Origin: Eledone cirrhosa
Taxonomy: Eukaryota
Direction: 5' to 3'
NCBI GenBank assembly: GCA_964016885.1
Contig: OZ024742.1
Location: 310,558,001-310,622,000 of the forward strand
DNA: 64,000 nt
In this document: positions 41,302-56,558 of the stretch, in pieces
Layout of the letters: the number at the start of each line of letters is the position of its first letter
Position numbering within the stretch: position 1 is the stretch's first letter
The notes under the pieces: model-generated
Told to the model about the DNA's origin: nothing
Database searches by the model: none
Seen by the model: only the letters and a program-made list of their open reading frames with translations
Translations under genes and position numbers: made by a program

Positions 41302-42525
41302 CTAGCTGACTGACCCGGCGTTGCCCGGTTTACTGCTGTTTCTATTCAGATTAGTAAATAATAAATATGAAAATATATTTTTTTCTCGTAATTATTTCAA
41401 AACATCTATATCTTATTTTAAAAAATATCAAATTGTTATGTTAATAGAATTTAGAAATGAAAATCTGTCAATCTTGAAGCAACTCGGGTAAACAATATTC
41501 ATTGTGTAAATTTTTGTTGATGTCAAATGAATAAATTGTTGCTGCTTCCAACTCGTGAGCAACCAACATAGAGTTAACTGTGGTAAAAACATGTAGTAGA
41601 GAGATCAAGTCCAAATAGCTTGAGGGATTGACCCTGAGATTTGTTAATTGAAATAACAAAACTTAGTTTGACTGGAAACTGAAGCCTCTAGATTCAAAAG
41701 GAACAGCTATAGGTATGAGAGGAATTTTTAGAATAAAGACATTTTTTGTGAACCAATATGTATCAACATCCAAAAGAAATATATATTAATCTCTATTTTT
41801 GTATGCAGTGTAAATTAACCAAATATGAGCAAATATTTTAACTGCTAATTTAAGGGTATGAGAATATAAATATAAATGAACAGACACACATACACTTATA
41901 AAAAACACACACAGACATACATTCATACACACACAGTTTCACCCATAAATAGACACACATACACTCACACAAACATACACTTATAAAAAACCACACACAG
42001 ACATACATTCATACAAACACACACACATAGTTTCCTCTACGAACAGACACTCATACAGTCACACAATTTTATTATGTCAGTCGTCACAGAAATGTATGTA
42101 TACTCACACACACATCTACTTGTCAGTCATAACATATGTATATGTATGTGTAGATGTGTGTGTTTAATTCTCTGTGTATCTGATTATGTATTTACGTGAA
42201 GATGTGTATGTATGTAACTTACTAAGGCCTAACGTACGTAACGAACGCGCAAACATACATACACTCACAGACACATACCCACTCATATACAAAATGTGAC
42301 GTCGTCATCGTCGCCGTGTTATAAAATGTACGTTTACTTATAGCTGACTATAGTAGAATATTTTAGATAAAACGTTATATTGTTTCAATTCAAATGAAAA
42401 TAAAAATTACATGTTATTAATCCCGGGGTCTAATACCTTGTAAAATTTGATTTGATTTGGTCGAGCCATCTGAGAATGCGTAAAGAAAAGACAGACAGAG
42501 AGACAAATAATTTTATATATATAGA
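41302..42525 (-). mobile_element. non-autonomous Helitron retaining a PIF1-like helicase C-terminal fragment
   Basis: 5' TCTATATATATAAA; 3' hairpin CCGGGCAACGCCGGG..CTAG-T. 41530-41735 encodes RLQFPVKLSFVISINKSQGQSL..GLDL...CF..LYVGCSRVG. Confidence 0.88.
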
Positions 42526-42692
42526 CATATATTTATATACAGAGAGGAAGGAGAGAGAGAGGGGGAGAGGAAGAGAGAGAGATGGTGGTAGAAACGCGAC
42601 CTCTACTCCTAGCGGTAAAGGGTTATATTCGGCAAGCTTTTACGAGGGTGTACTCCCTGGCTGTGTAGTCTTCCCCGTATCAGCGTCACAGC

Positions 42693-42749
<57 letters not shown>

Positions 42750-42755
<6 letters not shown>

Positions 42756-42997
42756 ATGTAGAAAAGATAACACACCAGAGAGAGAGAGATAGTACGCCAT
42801 GAGTCAAACAGGGAAAAACCACCAGTGTATGGAGTCTATAGCTCATGGAAGGAAAAGTAGACACATAATAATTAAAAGTATAAATCAAAGTGCGTTATCT
42901 TTTCTACATATTGTATTATAAAGGGCTCGGGATTCTTTCTCCTTTGAGCACATTAATCACAGGGAATAGCGAGAGTCTATGGCTCCGTTAATTTATC

Positions 42998-42998
<1 letters not shown>
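42750..42998. mobile_element. (TA)n-flanked element with a short inverted repeat
   Basis: ACAATATGTAGAAAAGATAAC(A)CAC at 42751 pairs with GTGCGTTATCTTTTCTACATATTGT at about 42890, followed by a unique tail. The architecture matches families A-C. Confidence 0.55.
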
Positions 42999-43072
<74 letters not shown>

Positions 43073-43665
43073 ATAAATGTTTCAATACCCTCTATAAAAA
43101 TGGAACATATATCTGGAGCAGTTGCGTGATGTTTTCGTCGTATATTCCTTGTGCTGAGTAGTTGCTGTCGTATGCATAAAGTGACACCTAAGAAACTGCT
43201 GAACATTGTTATATCATATATGTTCAATTTACGCTTGAAAAAGTTCTGCTATGATGCAAACCACCTTCATCGATGCCAAGCAGAAAGAACACCCATTTTT
43301 AATCCATTTATAAAATGAGTATAACATGAATGCTTGTTAATAGGTCTATGTAATAAACACTCCAAACATGCACTAAATGAAGGCCTCACACATTGTTTAT
43401 AGAGTTAATCAGAAATAAATGAACGAATTATGTATTCGATGCGTATTATATGTTGACCATGGTCATAATTATACGCAGGGCTTCAACAACTAATCAGCTA
43501 AATTAATGAGCAACGTTATGGGGATTTTCTTTCTTTAGGTGGGTTACTGTTTGGGAAATGCCGGGCAAAATATATTATGGAATCGAGTCGCATTACATAT
43601 CTTCTCTTGAGTTCAAAGCTAGCCGCAGTGGATTTTGATATTATTAATAGTAATGGTGGTGTTAA

Positions 43666-43860
43666 GGGCGGTGAATTGGCAGTATTGGGAGAGGGTCGGA
43701 CGCCATGCTTTGACGTATAGAGTTACGGCCCTTGCCATTCTGAGTTCAAATCCCGCCGAGGTTAACTTTGCCTTTCATCCTTACGGGGTCGATAAAATAA
43801 AGTACCAGTAATGCACTGGGTAATTGCTGGCCTTGTGCCTAACGTAGAAACAATTATTAA
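43666..43860 (+). mobile_element. tRNA-derived SINE
   Basis: Same consensus as 10013-10198. Confidence 0.85.
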
Positions 43861-44085
43861 TAGTAATGGTTTCTGATTTAGGCACAAGGCCTACAATGTA
43901 GGTAGGAGGAAATTTGATTAAATCAACCCCAGTTCGTTGATGGTAATTTATCTTATAGACCCACCATCTTTTTAATCTGTATTATGAATCTTTTTTTTTT
44001 CAAAAATATAAATAATTTTTGATTTTTTCTTCATTTTATTTATTTCAATTCACACAGTTTCTTTTGAAAAAATATACCAACCATG

Positions 44086-44136
<51 letters not shown>

Positions 44137-46859
44137 AGAATTTTTCCAAATGCTTTCCAAATGTTTTCCACAATGTTTTACCACACATTTCACAATATTT
44201 TCTCCAATTCTTCTTCTGGTTCTGACATCTCGTTACTGCCTCCTTGTTATTTCACGAATAACTGATCAGAGGTAGTTAACAACTATAGGACAACAGCAGG
44301 TTAAGTGACCAGATAAATGTTCCCTGGTTGAAGGGACGAGTGAAAAGTGTGGGATGATGTTAAACTCGTTAGTAAGGGTGTGATGATTTGACGAAAACAT
44401 ATTCAGATGTTTTAAGAAGGCAAATTTCTCCAATTCATGAGATTTGAAGTAACCATGCGTGGGTGTGTGACAGTATTTAACATTTCCAGTGTTTATAACT
44501 ACACCCGATCCAGCGTATAGTCATTCCCAATCAACGACAGACCACACAAGCTCCGACCGTAATATTTAACGTTGTCCCCAACAAACAAACATAAAGAAAA
44601 TATTCTTCCGCGACCACACCCTAACAAACCACTACGATGATGTAAGGCTTTCATCATATCATCACACCCTTAGTAAGTTGTCTAATATTAGCTGAATTAA
44701 CTCGCTTCCCGCCCCTCTCATAACCAGGAAACCTCTATCTGATCATTCAACCTGCTGAAAATTACAGCCAAATATCACTCAAATAGCACCCTGTTAATCT
44801 CGAAAAGAACACATTGAATTATCTTTGCAGATTGAAAACTCTCAAGATTTTCACGGCTGGAATGTCATTGAAGATAGTTCTGTCCAATTAGGGATGAAGT
44901 GGTGCTAGCTAGTCAACGACAACAATGACAACAGCAGCAGCAACAGCCATAAGCGTATGACAAAACGATATTAGTCTTTGAAGACTTCGTCTACAGTCAC
45001 CATCGTGCCTATAAGCGTCGAAAATATTTCACTTCTCATTGAACCGATAAATCTATATGACTGTAACGGAGAGCAGTACGTTGGAATGCTTAAAGTGACG
45101 ATATAACTTATTATTTACAGTTAGATGAGCTGAAATATATGTTTTCAAACAGCTGACCCAATCAATGTTTGGTAATAAGATATAAGTTAATTTTTAGGTG
45201 TCAAGAAGTTTAGTTGCTGTGAGGATTGCAAAATATGACATTTTACCTTTCAACGTAAAAGAGTACACAAGATTTATTCGCTTATTTGTCATCTCTTCTT
45301 ACACGTTAAGTGACACCGTGGGGTTGGCCATCACCTCATGTAGAACAACCAAGAAGAAAATCTGTAGTCGCTGTACTATCAAATTTAGCAGGTTACCTGA
45401 GCCAAGAAATGCAGGTAGTTCAGACAAGGTTATGATTATAACATTGGATATCACTGCGGAGTTGGTTTGTATCTCAATTATGTTTAATGATGGCAGGTTC
45501 CCAATTTTATAGGAAAGGAACTTGGTTGTTGTATTAAATAAGATAAAACGTCACAAAACGTAGCTTTCCTTTTTTATGCATCTGTATACATTAGGATTCA
45601 CACATATAAGCACTCACAGACATACTTTCAGAAAACGATCCTGGTTGGAGTTGTGTTTCTAGTAGAAGTTGATACCAAGTCTATATACAGTGGCACTGTA
45701 TAGTCAAGTAAATTAACTAAAATATCTTAATGATAAATATCTTATTGGTTGATACTAGAAGGGAAAAAGGGAAAATAGACTTCATCGAAATTAAACGCAG
45801 AACGTGTAAATTATTTTGCTCAGTTACTCTCCCGTTTAAGCCATATGCCATTAAAGAGGATTTCTAGGTTAAGTACAAATTTCTAAAAGAAACTTCTAAT
45901 AGTGTTGTTTTAATCCAAGTTTAACACTGACTGAAAAGAACATTTGATCAAAGAGGGTTTTGCCAAGTATATATGTAGTATTTTTCTTTAGACATATTGC
46001 ATTTAGCGCTATATTATCAAATGCATCCATCCATTTCATGTGAGACGTGTCGAAAATGTCGAGATGATTGAGTGACTATATGGATATCATAGGCTTCGAT
46101 AGTTTGTAATAATGTCTAATATATATTAAAACAAAACACCAGAGTGCTATATACAAAAGTCTTCTGTAACTAGCGGTGAATCCTCTACATGACCGCTCGG
46201 CTTGCTCGAAACACAAGTCTAATCTTCCTGAAATCACAGCTTATCCTGTGCTTGTATCATACATTTATAGGAATAGGGCAAATTACATAATGTAGTCGTA
46301 GATAACCGTAAATATATGCGATAATCATAGATGAACTGCAATAGATAAGAATATAGCACGACCAAAAGTGACTACTGTCTAGGAGGTTCAACAAAGACTT
46401 TTAAAGTTTTTTCAAACTCTTTGCTTTACTCTTATATAACTAGAATGTTTCGGGTGTGATAGAACGTGATATCTTACAATTATTCCCAGTATAGTTAAGT
46501 TAACAACTTCTTACTTTATTAATTTTCATTAATTTCCGTCAATATATTAGTGTGAATCCATACTCATCCGCGTACAGACACATACACATAATTACAAACA
46601 CACACATATAAATATTTATACTCTTTTACTCTTTTACCTGTTCTAGCCATCCGGCTGAGGCCATGCTGGGGCACCGCCCTTGTAATGGACCAATACTTGA
46701 CTTTTACTTTATTTATCAACCTTGAAAGGATGAAAAGTAAAGTTGACCTCGTCGGAATTTGAACTTAGAGTACAGAGAGCCGGGAAGAACAACACAAAGC
46801 ATCCTATCCGATATTCTAAACGACTCTGCCAACTCGTCGCTATAAATATATGCAATTAT

Positions 46860-46938
<79 letters not shown>

Positions 46939-46975
46939 GTATGTATATATGTATATATATATATTTATATATATG

Positions 46976-47041
<66 letters not shown>

Positions 47042-47046
<5 letters not shown>

Positions 47047-48041
47047 AAATGTGTGTAATCCTTGGTACAGTTAGGTATATTAAGACAGGGGGGAAGAAAA
47101 AATGGCTTCACTTGTGCTTTCAACAAATTTATTTTCTTCACAAAATCCCAAAAGAATTTTTCTTAAAAAAATTATTTTATAAATTAAGTTGTTGGTTGTT
47201 GGTTAGGTCTTAGGAGTTCTTGGTTAACGTAGGAGGTATTGTTTCGTTTTTAGAAAGACCTTTCACGCTGAGGTGCGCTTGTCAAACTGATGTGTATGTG
47301 GTGTGTTGTTCTATATATAGGGATTTAACATGTCTGTGGTGTGGTGGGGGTTTCTTTTCTCCCCCTTTAATAAGTGCATGGGTGTAGGTGTGTTGAAAAA
47401 GTGTTCATAGCAGTAATGAGTTGAGACGGTGAGTAGGGTTGGGTGGGGAGAAATGTAGCAAGTGCGGCCTGCCCCGGTCATTCTCGAAAAATTCCTTTAT
47501 TCAGGGGAAAAAGCTTTTAGCATTGCTAAAAATAAAATAAAATAAAAAGTATTCACAAACTTGACAGGTGCGATTTGCCTGTGACCATTCTCAACACAAA
47601 AGCAATGCTAAAAGCTTTTTCCCCTGAATAAAGGAATTTTTCGAGAATGACCGGTGCAGGCCGCACTTGCTACATTTCTCCCCACCCAACCCTACTCACC
47701 GTCTCAACTCATTACTGTTATGAACACTTTTTCAACACACCTACACCCATGCACTTATTAAAGGGGGAGAAAAGAAACCCCCACCACACCACAGACATGT
47801 TAAATCCCTATATATAGAACAACACACCACATACACATCAGTTTGACAAGCGCACCTCAGCGTGAAAGGTCTTTCTAAAAACGAAACAATACCTCCTACG
47901 TTAACCAAGAACTCCTAAGACCTAACCAACAACCAACAACTTAATTTATAAAATAATTTTTTTAAGAAAAATTCTTTTGGGATTTTGTGAAGAAAATAAA
48001 TTTGTTGAAAGCACAAGTGAAGCCATTTTTTCTTCCCCCCT
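47042..48041. repeat. 441-bp inverted repeat (47087-47527 / 47601-48041) flanked by (TA)n
   Basis: Arms are reverse-complementary with few mismatches and a 73-bp spacer. Confidence 0.92.
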
Positions 48042-48042
48042 A

Positions 48043-48075
<33 letters not shown>

Positions 48076-48215
48076 CTGTCTAACGTATGTTATTACTCTA
48101 AGGTGACACAACCTTATCGAGCGCTTCGCTGCACATTCCTAATTGTGTATCGTTAGCTTGGCCACAGCCATAACTTCGATTTTACTAAACTTCCATTTGT
48201 ATATATATATCTATC

Positions 48216-48258
<43 letters not shown>

Positions 48259-48519
48259 CTGTGTCTGTGTGTATCTTAGTGTGTGTGTATGTGTGTGTGT
48301 GTACATATACATACATACATATATATATGTGCATGTATATATATATATATATATATATGTACACTTAATTGTGTCTGTGTGTGTGTGGGCGCACGCGTGT
48401 GTGCGTGTGTGTATGTGTGTTTGCCGGTGTGCGTAAGTATAAATACTTATAGATGACGATTTCTTTACTTACAATGAAACGGCAGATATAGAATGAAGGG
48501 AAATGTGGGGCTAAAAGAT

Positions 48520-48710
48520 CATAATTGTTTCTACTTTAGGCACAAGGCCAGCACTTATCCAGTGCATTACTGGTACTTTATTTTATCGACCCCGTAAGGA
48601 TGAAAGGCAAAGAAAACCTCGGTGGGATTTGAACTCAGATCGTAAAGGGACGTAACTATGGTGGAAAGCATGGCGTCCGACCCTCCACCGATACTGGCAA
48701 TCGACCATCG
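48520..48710 (-). mobile_element. tRNA-derived SINE
   Basis: Same consensus as 10013-10198. Confidence 0.85.
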
Positions 48711-48918
48711 CTAAATAGATCATAGTGACGACTGAAACGAATCAAAGCGATTACTTTCTTTCTGCTCACACTAGGGTTGTATATAAAATGACAACCATTT
48801 GACGACTGTTCTAAGTTTTTAATTAATTGTAATTAATATACAGACATAATGCCGTCATTAAATGCGACCTTAGTTAACTGCATCAAAATGGTTAATCACA
48901 TAGACATATACACCCACC

Positions 48919-49004
<86 letters not shown>

Positions 49005-49107
49005 GTAAATATATATATATAAATATATATATACATATATACATACATACACATATACATTTATATATATATAGATATATACATATATATTTATATATAT
49101 ATATATA

Positions 49108-49138
<31 letters not shown>

Positions 49139-49293
49139 ATATATATATATATGTGTATGTATGTATATATGTATATATATATTTATATATATATATATAC
49201 ATATATATATACATACATTCCCACACAAATATATATATATATACACACACACATGCACATATATATATATATAATTTGTTTAATTGATATCTA

Positions 49294-49340
<47 letters not shown>

Positions 49341-49992
49341 GAATGTAAATATGTATATATATATATACATACATATATATGAGTATGTATATAGCAATAT
49401 ATTACACACATATGCATGCGTACATATGTGTGATATATCTGATTACGAGGGAATGTGTGTGCGCGCGTGTGTGTGTGTGCATGCGTATGTTTGTATGCGT
49501 TTATGTGTGTTTGCGTATGAACGTGTATGTGTTCAAATACGTGTGTGTGCTCGTGCGTGTGTGCGTATGTACTTGTATGTGAGTATATGTGTGACGATGT
49601 GTCTGTCTATGTTTGTATGTCTCTGTGTGTGTCTGCATGATTGTGAGTGTATACGTGCGTGCGTGTGTGTAACCGAAGAAGGGCAAAGCGAGGTCGTGTT
49701 TGAAATTTGACTAGACTGTTGATGTCAGTGGTTATATCTAATAACATAACATACACAGACTGGATAGGAGGAGAAAGCTGTTTAGACTGCTTGCTCGATT
49801 CAGCATATATCATAGCAAACAGCCGAGAAGTTGCTTACTTGACATTGATTCTCACATTTAACACTTATTCTGGCTTTCTCTTAACTCTCTTTCACAGTGT
49901 ATATAGACTTTATGAGGGTGTGTTTCTGTATGAGACTATGTATAATGGCACAGGCATGTACGTATACATACATAGTACATACACACACGCAT

Positions 49993-50077
<85 letters not shown>

Positions 50078-50086
50078 CACACAAAC

Positions 50087-50936
<850 letters not shown>

Positions 50937-50941
50937 ATATG

Positions 50942-50972
<31 letters not shown>

Positions 50973-50996
50973 ATATGTATATATATACACACAAAC

Positions 50997-51162
<166 letters not shown>

Positions 51163-51243
51163 GTATATATGTATATATATATATATATATGTATGTATAT
51201 ATATATATATATGTATGTATATATATATATATATATATGTATG

Positions 51244-51297
<54 letters not shown>

Positions 51298-51303
51298 TGT
51301 ATG

Positions 51304-51354
<51 letters not shown>

Positions 51355-51970
51355 GTATGTATATATATAAATGAAAGGTATAGAAAACACTGCAGCGAAA
51401 AGCGAACAGCATTCCATAATATATAAGTGATTATAGCGTCAAAATGGGAAAAATAGTTAACGTAAGATGTGCGAAAAATAATTTAAACTCATCTCAAAGA
51501 GAATCAGGATATAAATTCATCCACAGAATTTAATGAAATCCAGGGAAAAATCAATAGAGCCTTAACTCATGATAAAATAAAGTTCAAAATACTTATCCTT
51601 CAATTTGGAAAAACTTCAAATGCTCTGTATTGTCTTAAAGACTATTTCATGAAAACTTTCAGTGGAGATGGTCACGGCTGGAATTCATCATCAGCAGAGC
51701 TCAACTCGATAACCAGGATTCTCACAGGTTAATATGCCAAAAATGGAATTCTAAAGCTGGCCAGTTCAACATCATGCGTGATTATGAAAAACGCACATGA
51801 GGAAATATATGGCTATTGACGTCAGAATGAGACGAGAAACAGCAGTCAAATACATTCCGAAAAAAAACTCTACAGTAAGGAGATCAGCAAAAAGCAATAT
51901 TATCGCAGTTTTTTATAATTAAAAAAAAAAAAAAATGTATATATATATATATGTATATATTTTTATGTAA

Positions 51971-52144
<174 letters not shown>

Positions 52145-52167
52145 GTGTATATATATATATATGTATG

Positions 52168-52260
<93 letters not shown>

Positions 52261-52281
52261 GTATATATATATATATGTATG

Positions 52282-52314
<33 letters not shown>

Positions 52315-52387
52315 GTATATATATATATGTATATATATATATGTATATATATATATGTATGTATATATATATGTATATATATATATG

Positions 52388-52994
52388 TCAGGTCACCAGT
52401 TGGTGCTACTGGTAACATGTATCCCAGTACAACCTGTCTCATGGTCGGGTCGTTGGCGACTAAACTGGCAACCCCACCAAGGTTTCTTGGTGAGGAGGGT
52501 GACTTTGGACATCCTGCAGGACTAAAAACAAAACCTGTCAAAAGGCAAAGGACCTCTTAAGAGTCAATGGCCATCCAAAATCACCGGGAGAGATGACCCC
52601 TTAGCCTTTGTCAAGGCAGAATTCTAGGAGAAGGAAAACTCTGATGTAACACCTGCAACCCTGATGGTGTCCAATGATGTTGACTTGTTCTTCTTTTTGG
52701 TAAATATCATCTTGGTTAAGAGAGTGGGACTGGCTTTGTGCAGTGCCTTTGTTCACTATAAAAGCTTCACGGCACAGGCATTGCTTTATATCTGGAGATC
52801 TCTCTGCACTTGTCGTCACATGGTACCATAGGCCCAGCACTATGTGTCAATAATTGTCACAAGTGTAGTGTTTGTACCAGAGTTTTCAAGTTGCTGGCTG
52901 GACTAAAAAGTCACACTCGTTCAGCGCATCGGTAGGGGTTCTCCTACATGGATATAAAGTAATGGCCGTACTCGAAAACGAGTTGGCAGCTACC
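52388..52994 (+). mobile_element. full copy of the non-autonomous RTE-derived element
   Basis: Reverse complement of 35221-35825 with the same termini. Confidence 0.85.
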
Positions 52995-53066
52995 ATATAT
53001 ATATATGTATATATTTTTATGTAAATATACATATATACATATACATATATATATATATATATATAG

Positions 53067-53300
53067 TTCAAAATGACAAACAAATAAACACAGGAGTCAA
53101 TAGTACATAGTGTTATTAGCTTCATACTTGGTGATAATGGGGGAGGTTACGACGTTTCAGACATAAGTCCTTCATCAGGAAAGTAGGGAGCAACTCTGAG
53201 AGGGACTGAGGAGGGGAGTTATGAGGAAAAGCATGAAAGGTCGGGAAAAATAGAAATAAAAATATACATGAAAATCAAAAATAAATAAGAACAGAATATA
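53067..53300 (-). mobile_element. PLE pLTR-like remnant with hammerhead-like core
   Basis: Minus strand reads CTGATGA-A-GGAC-TTAT-GTCT-GAAA-CGTCG-TA; related to 53830-53960. Confidence 0.6.
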
Positions 53301-53829
53301 TATATTAGAAAATTGATCATATGAACATACAACTTCGATCCAAATTGACATTATTTTTCTAGGCCTTCAAATTCGCACCCAACCCCTTGCATTAATTAAA
53401 CCTGGGTGTAGTCTTTAACGACTTTAGCAATAGTCTATCATATTCACACCTTAACACGGCTTCATCTATACTGAGTTAACCAACCCTGCATATGTTAATT
53501 CCTTCTAAATAATAATAATAAACTTTCTATAGCTGGAACTGGTCATAAGTTAGACAGTAAACTTTATACTTGCACCGTAATTACCTCCCTTAGCAAACTA
53601 TTCTCCTTTCCCCGTGTTTATACCTTTAACATTTAAATTTAATATGCACGGCTATGTAAAACTATTATTTTACCCTATTAGGGTCTATAATTAAAAACTG
53701 TGCCTTTAATATCTGCCTCCGACGAGCCCCGTTGGACGAAACATGTGTAAGAACTTTATAAAGATATGTTTTAACGGCTTGTAACTCTTTCATTAATTAT
53801 TTTGCTTATATATATATATATATATATAA

Positions 53830-55620
53830 TGGAAAAATTTGAACAGGGACAAAACAGAAAGGCAGTACAACGAATGTTTATTAATTTCACGCTCTGGAGA
53901 GTGGGGTGTTGGTGGGCTACAACGTTTCGGGCATAAGCCCTTCCTCAGGTGAGAAGTGTGTGGGAACAGAGTTCAAAGGGTGTGTAGGGGAGTGGTGGAG
54001 AGACATATAGTGAAAGGAAACGGTGCGAATGAAAAAAATAAAAATAAAAATAAAAATAAAGCATGATCAAAATACAAGGAATGAAATAAATTTAAATATA
54101 AAAGCATGATCAAAATAAACTGAAATTAAAAGGGGGGTAAAACAGGTGGTGGAAGGGTGTGGGTGTGTAGGGGTGGTGGCGGGTGGAGTGGGGAGAGGGA
54201 GACGGGGGGGTCCGAGCGGGGATGGCTGAAGGTGGTGTGTGTGTGTGTGTGTGTGTGTATGTGAAAGTAAGGGTTGGGGGAAGAACGGGGTTGCATGTTC
54301 AGGAAGAGGTGTGTGTGCGGGAGGGGGGTGGGGGTGTCGGAGTGTCTGTGCGTGTGTGGATAGAGGGGTGGGGGAGAGGAATCAGGAGGCTGAGGGTGTA
54401 AATATGTGGTGGAAAGCACGTGTGTGTGGGGTTTAAGCGTGTTGTGGTGTAGGTGGCGTGTGGAGAAAAACATTTTTTTGGGGTGTGTGTGTGGGTGAGT
54501 TATATAGGTGATTACGTAAGAGGATGGTTGAAAAGTTGATAAAATCCAAAGGTGTTTAGTCGATTCTGTGGTGGTCAATTTCTGCGTGCGAGTATTCCAT
54601 GAAGCGATGGTCGGAAGAGGGGAGATGTGGGGTGCGCGCGCAACAGGAAGTGGTCAAGCAGTGGGAATGCTGTGTGTCTGTTTGTGCTGGGAGGTGGTAA
54701 GAGGGCATAGCAGCAGTCGGTGGAATGGTAAAGGGGCGAGGATGGGTAGGTGTGAAAGTTGGAGTGAGGAGGGTGTGTGTGTATTAGTAGAGGTGTTAGT
54801 GGGATGAGTGAGTGTGGAGCGAGGGTGTGGGTGGAGCGGGGAGAGAAGGGTGTGTGTGTGGTTCTATGGAGGGAGTTCTGGTGTACTGGTGTGTGTGTAG
54901 TTTCATGAAGGGGTGTTAGTGGGTGTTAGTATACGGGAGGTGGGGAGGGGTTGAATGCAGGTGTGAGTGGGGGTTAGTGGTGGTAGGGTGTGTAGAGTTG
55001 GTGGTGTACGAGGGTGTGTGGGTACGTGTGCGTGGGGGTGGGGGGTGTTAGTGATGTTAGTTGCGTGTGGGGTGGGTGGTGTAAGTGGGTGCGTGTGTTC
55101 GTGTGCTTGGGGTTAGGGGGTGTTAGTGAGGTTAGTTGCGCGGTGGTGGGATGGAAGTGTGGGGGTGAGAGGTGTGGGGGTGAGGGTTAGTGGTGGTAGT
55201 AGGGTGTGTGTTTAGTGTGACCGCGTGTATATATGTGCCGGTGGGTGTGTGCGTGTGATAAGGAGGGGGGAGGAGGAGAAGAAGGGAGGGATGTTAGTAT
55301 GTTAGTTGGGGAAGGGTGGTCAGATGAGGGGTGGAGTGGAGGTGTTAGTATTGTTAGTTGTGGGGTGGGCGGTGAAAAGGAGGGGTGTGTTAGTGGTGTT
55401 AGTGGGGGATAAGTGTGGGGGGAGGGGAAGGTCGAAGGCTAAAGGAATAAGGGTGGGGAGTTCAGGCCGGGGGGAGTGTGGGTCTGTAAGATGAAGATAG
55501 TTCGTTGTTCGACCCTAAGGCGATTGGCGGGTGTTCCGTGGCACTGGAGTAGGCCACAGACTGTGAGATGGCGTGCGGAATGTCCAGGGCCACCAAAGTG
55601 GCGGGCGATGGGGGAACTAC
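53830..55620 (-). mobile_element. Neptune-type PLE 3' fragment (GIY-YIG C-terminus, long CA-rich 3' UTR, pLTR)
   Basis: SPIARHFGGPGHSARHLTVCGL..RLRVEQRTIFILQTHTPPGLN. A hammerhead-like CTGAGGA-A-GGGC-TTAT-GCCC-GAAA-CGTTG-TA lies at about 53918-53948. Confidence 0.82.
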
Positions 55621-55634
55621 ATATATATATATAC

Positions 55635-56497
55635 ACAGTATATACCATGAAGAAATATATTAGTTTCACGCTTGATATAGTAGGTAAAGAGTCTGAATGT
55701 GACGGACGCTAGACCTTCATCAGAAATTAGAATGAGAAATTAAAGAAGAAATAGAAAGATAGAGGAGAGTGAGCAGAGGCAGAAACGAAAGAAAATTTCT
55801 ATGAGAAAAAAAACAGGTCTATCCAAGTCATAAATCTGGTGTATCAGAAAAACAGTTGGTCTTCTTTTAAGCGGTGATCGAATTCGTTTAGATGAAACGG
55901 AAAAAAATAAAACGTGTAGGTGTGCGTGTGTATGGGTTTGTTGTTTGTCCGTACGAAACTAACAGGATATGTGTGATATATTGACACACATTTAAGAGAG
56001 AATTTGTGTGATATATACACACACAAGTTTAAGGGAGTGTGTGTATGTGCGCCTGTCTTTTGTTGTAAGTACGAAGCTGTGAGGATATGTGTGTGTATAC
56101 GTTTAAGAGGATGTTCGTGTGTGTATGTGTGTGTGCGTGTGTTAGTTGTTGGTCAGTACAAGGCTGTGAGAGTAAGTGTAGAGGTGTGTGCGTGTTGTTG
56201 TTGTTTTGTACAATCTGTAAGAGTGTGTGATTCTGACCATAACAGAGCCATAGGAACTTAGGGGGTTGAATATGCGCGCGCATGTGTGACAGCTGACGAG
56301 ATAGGGGTGACTGTGGCTAAAGGGATATAGAAGTAACCTCGAGCGTATGTATGCAAGATTAAAGAACTTGGAGGGGAGGGGGAAGTCCATTAGGGAAAGT
56401 GGACCCAAGGCGAGAATCGGACTCTGTTCAATCCTAGTGCGCGAGGCCAGCTATCTGTGATGTAAATGGACCCCAAAGACTGAAACATGTAGGGAGT
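55635..56497 (-). mobile_element. second Neptune-type PLE 3' fragment
   Basis: Degenerate HVSVFGVHLHHR*LASRTRIEQSPILALG/TFPNGL, with a decayed hammerhead-like core at 55703-55723. Confidence 0.65.
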
Positions 56498-56558
56498 ATA
56501 TACATACATGCATACGGATATATAAGCATACACACAGAGACACACGCACATATATATA

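Noticed and set aside
54800-55420. GGGTTAG/GTGTTAG words as interstitial telomere
   Set aside because: They are scattered rather than tandem TTAGGG, and lie within the low-complexity PLE 3' UTR.
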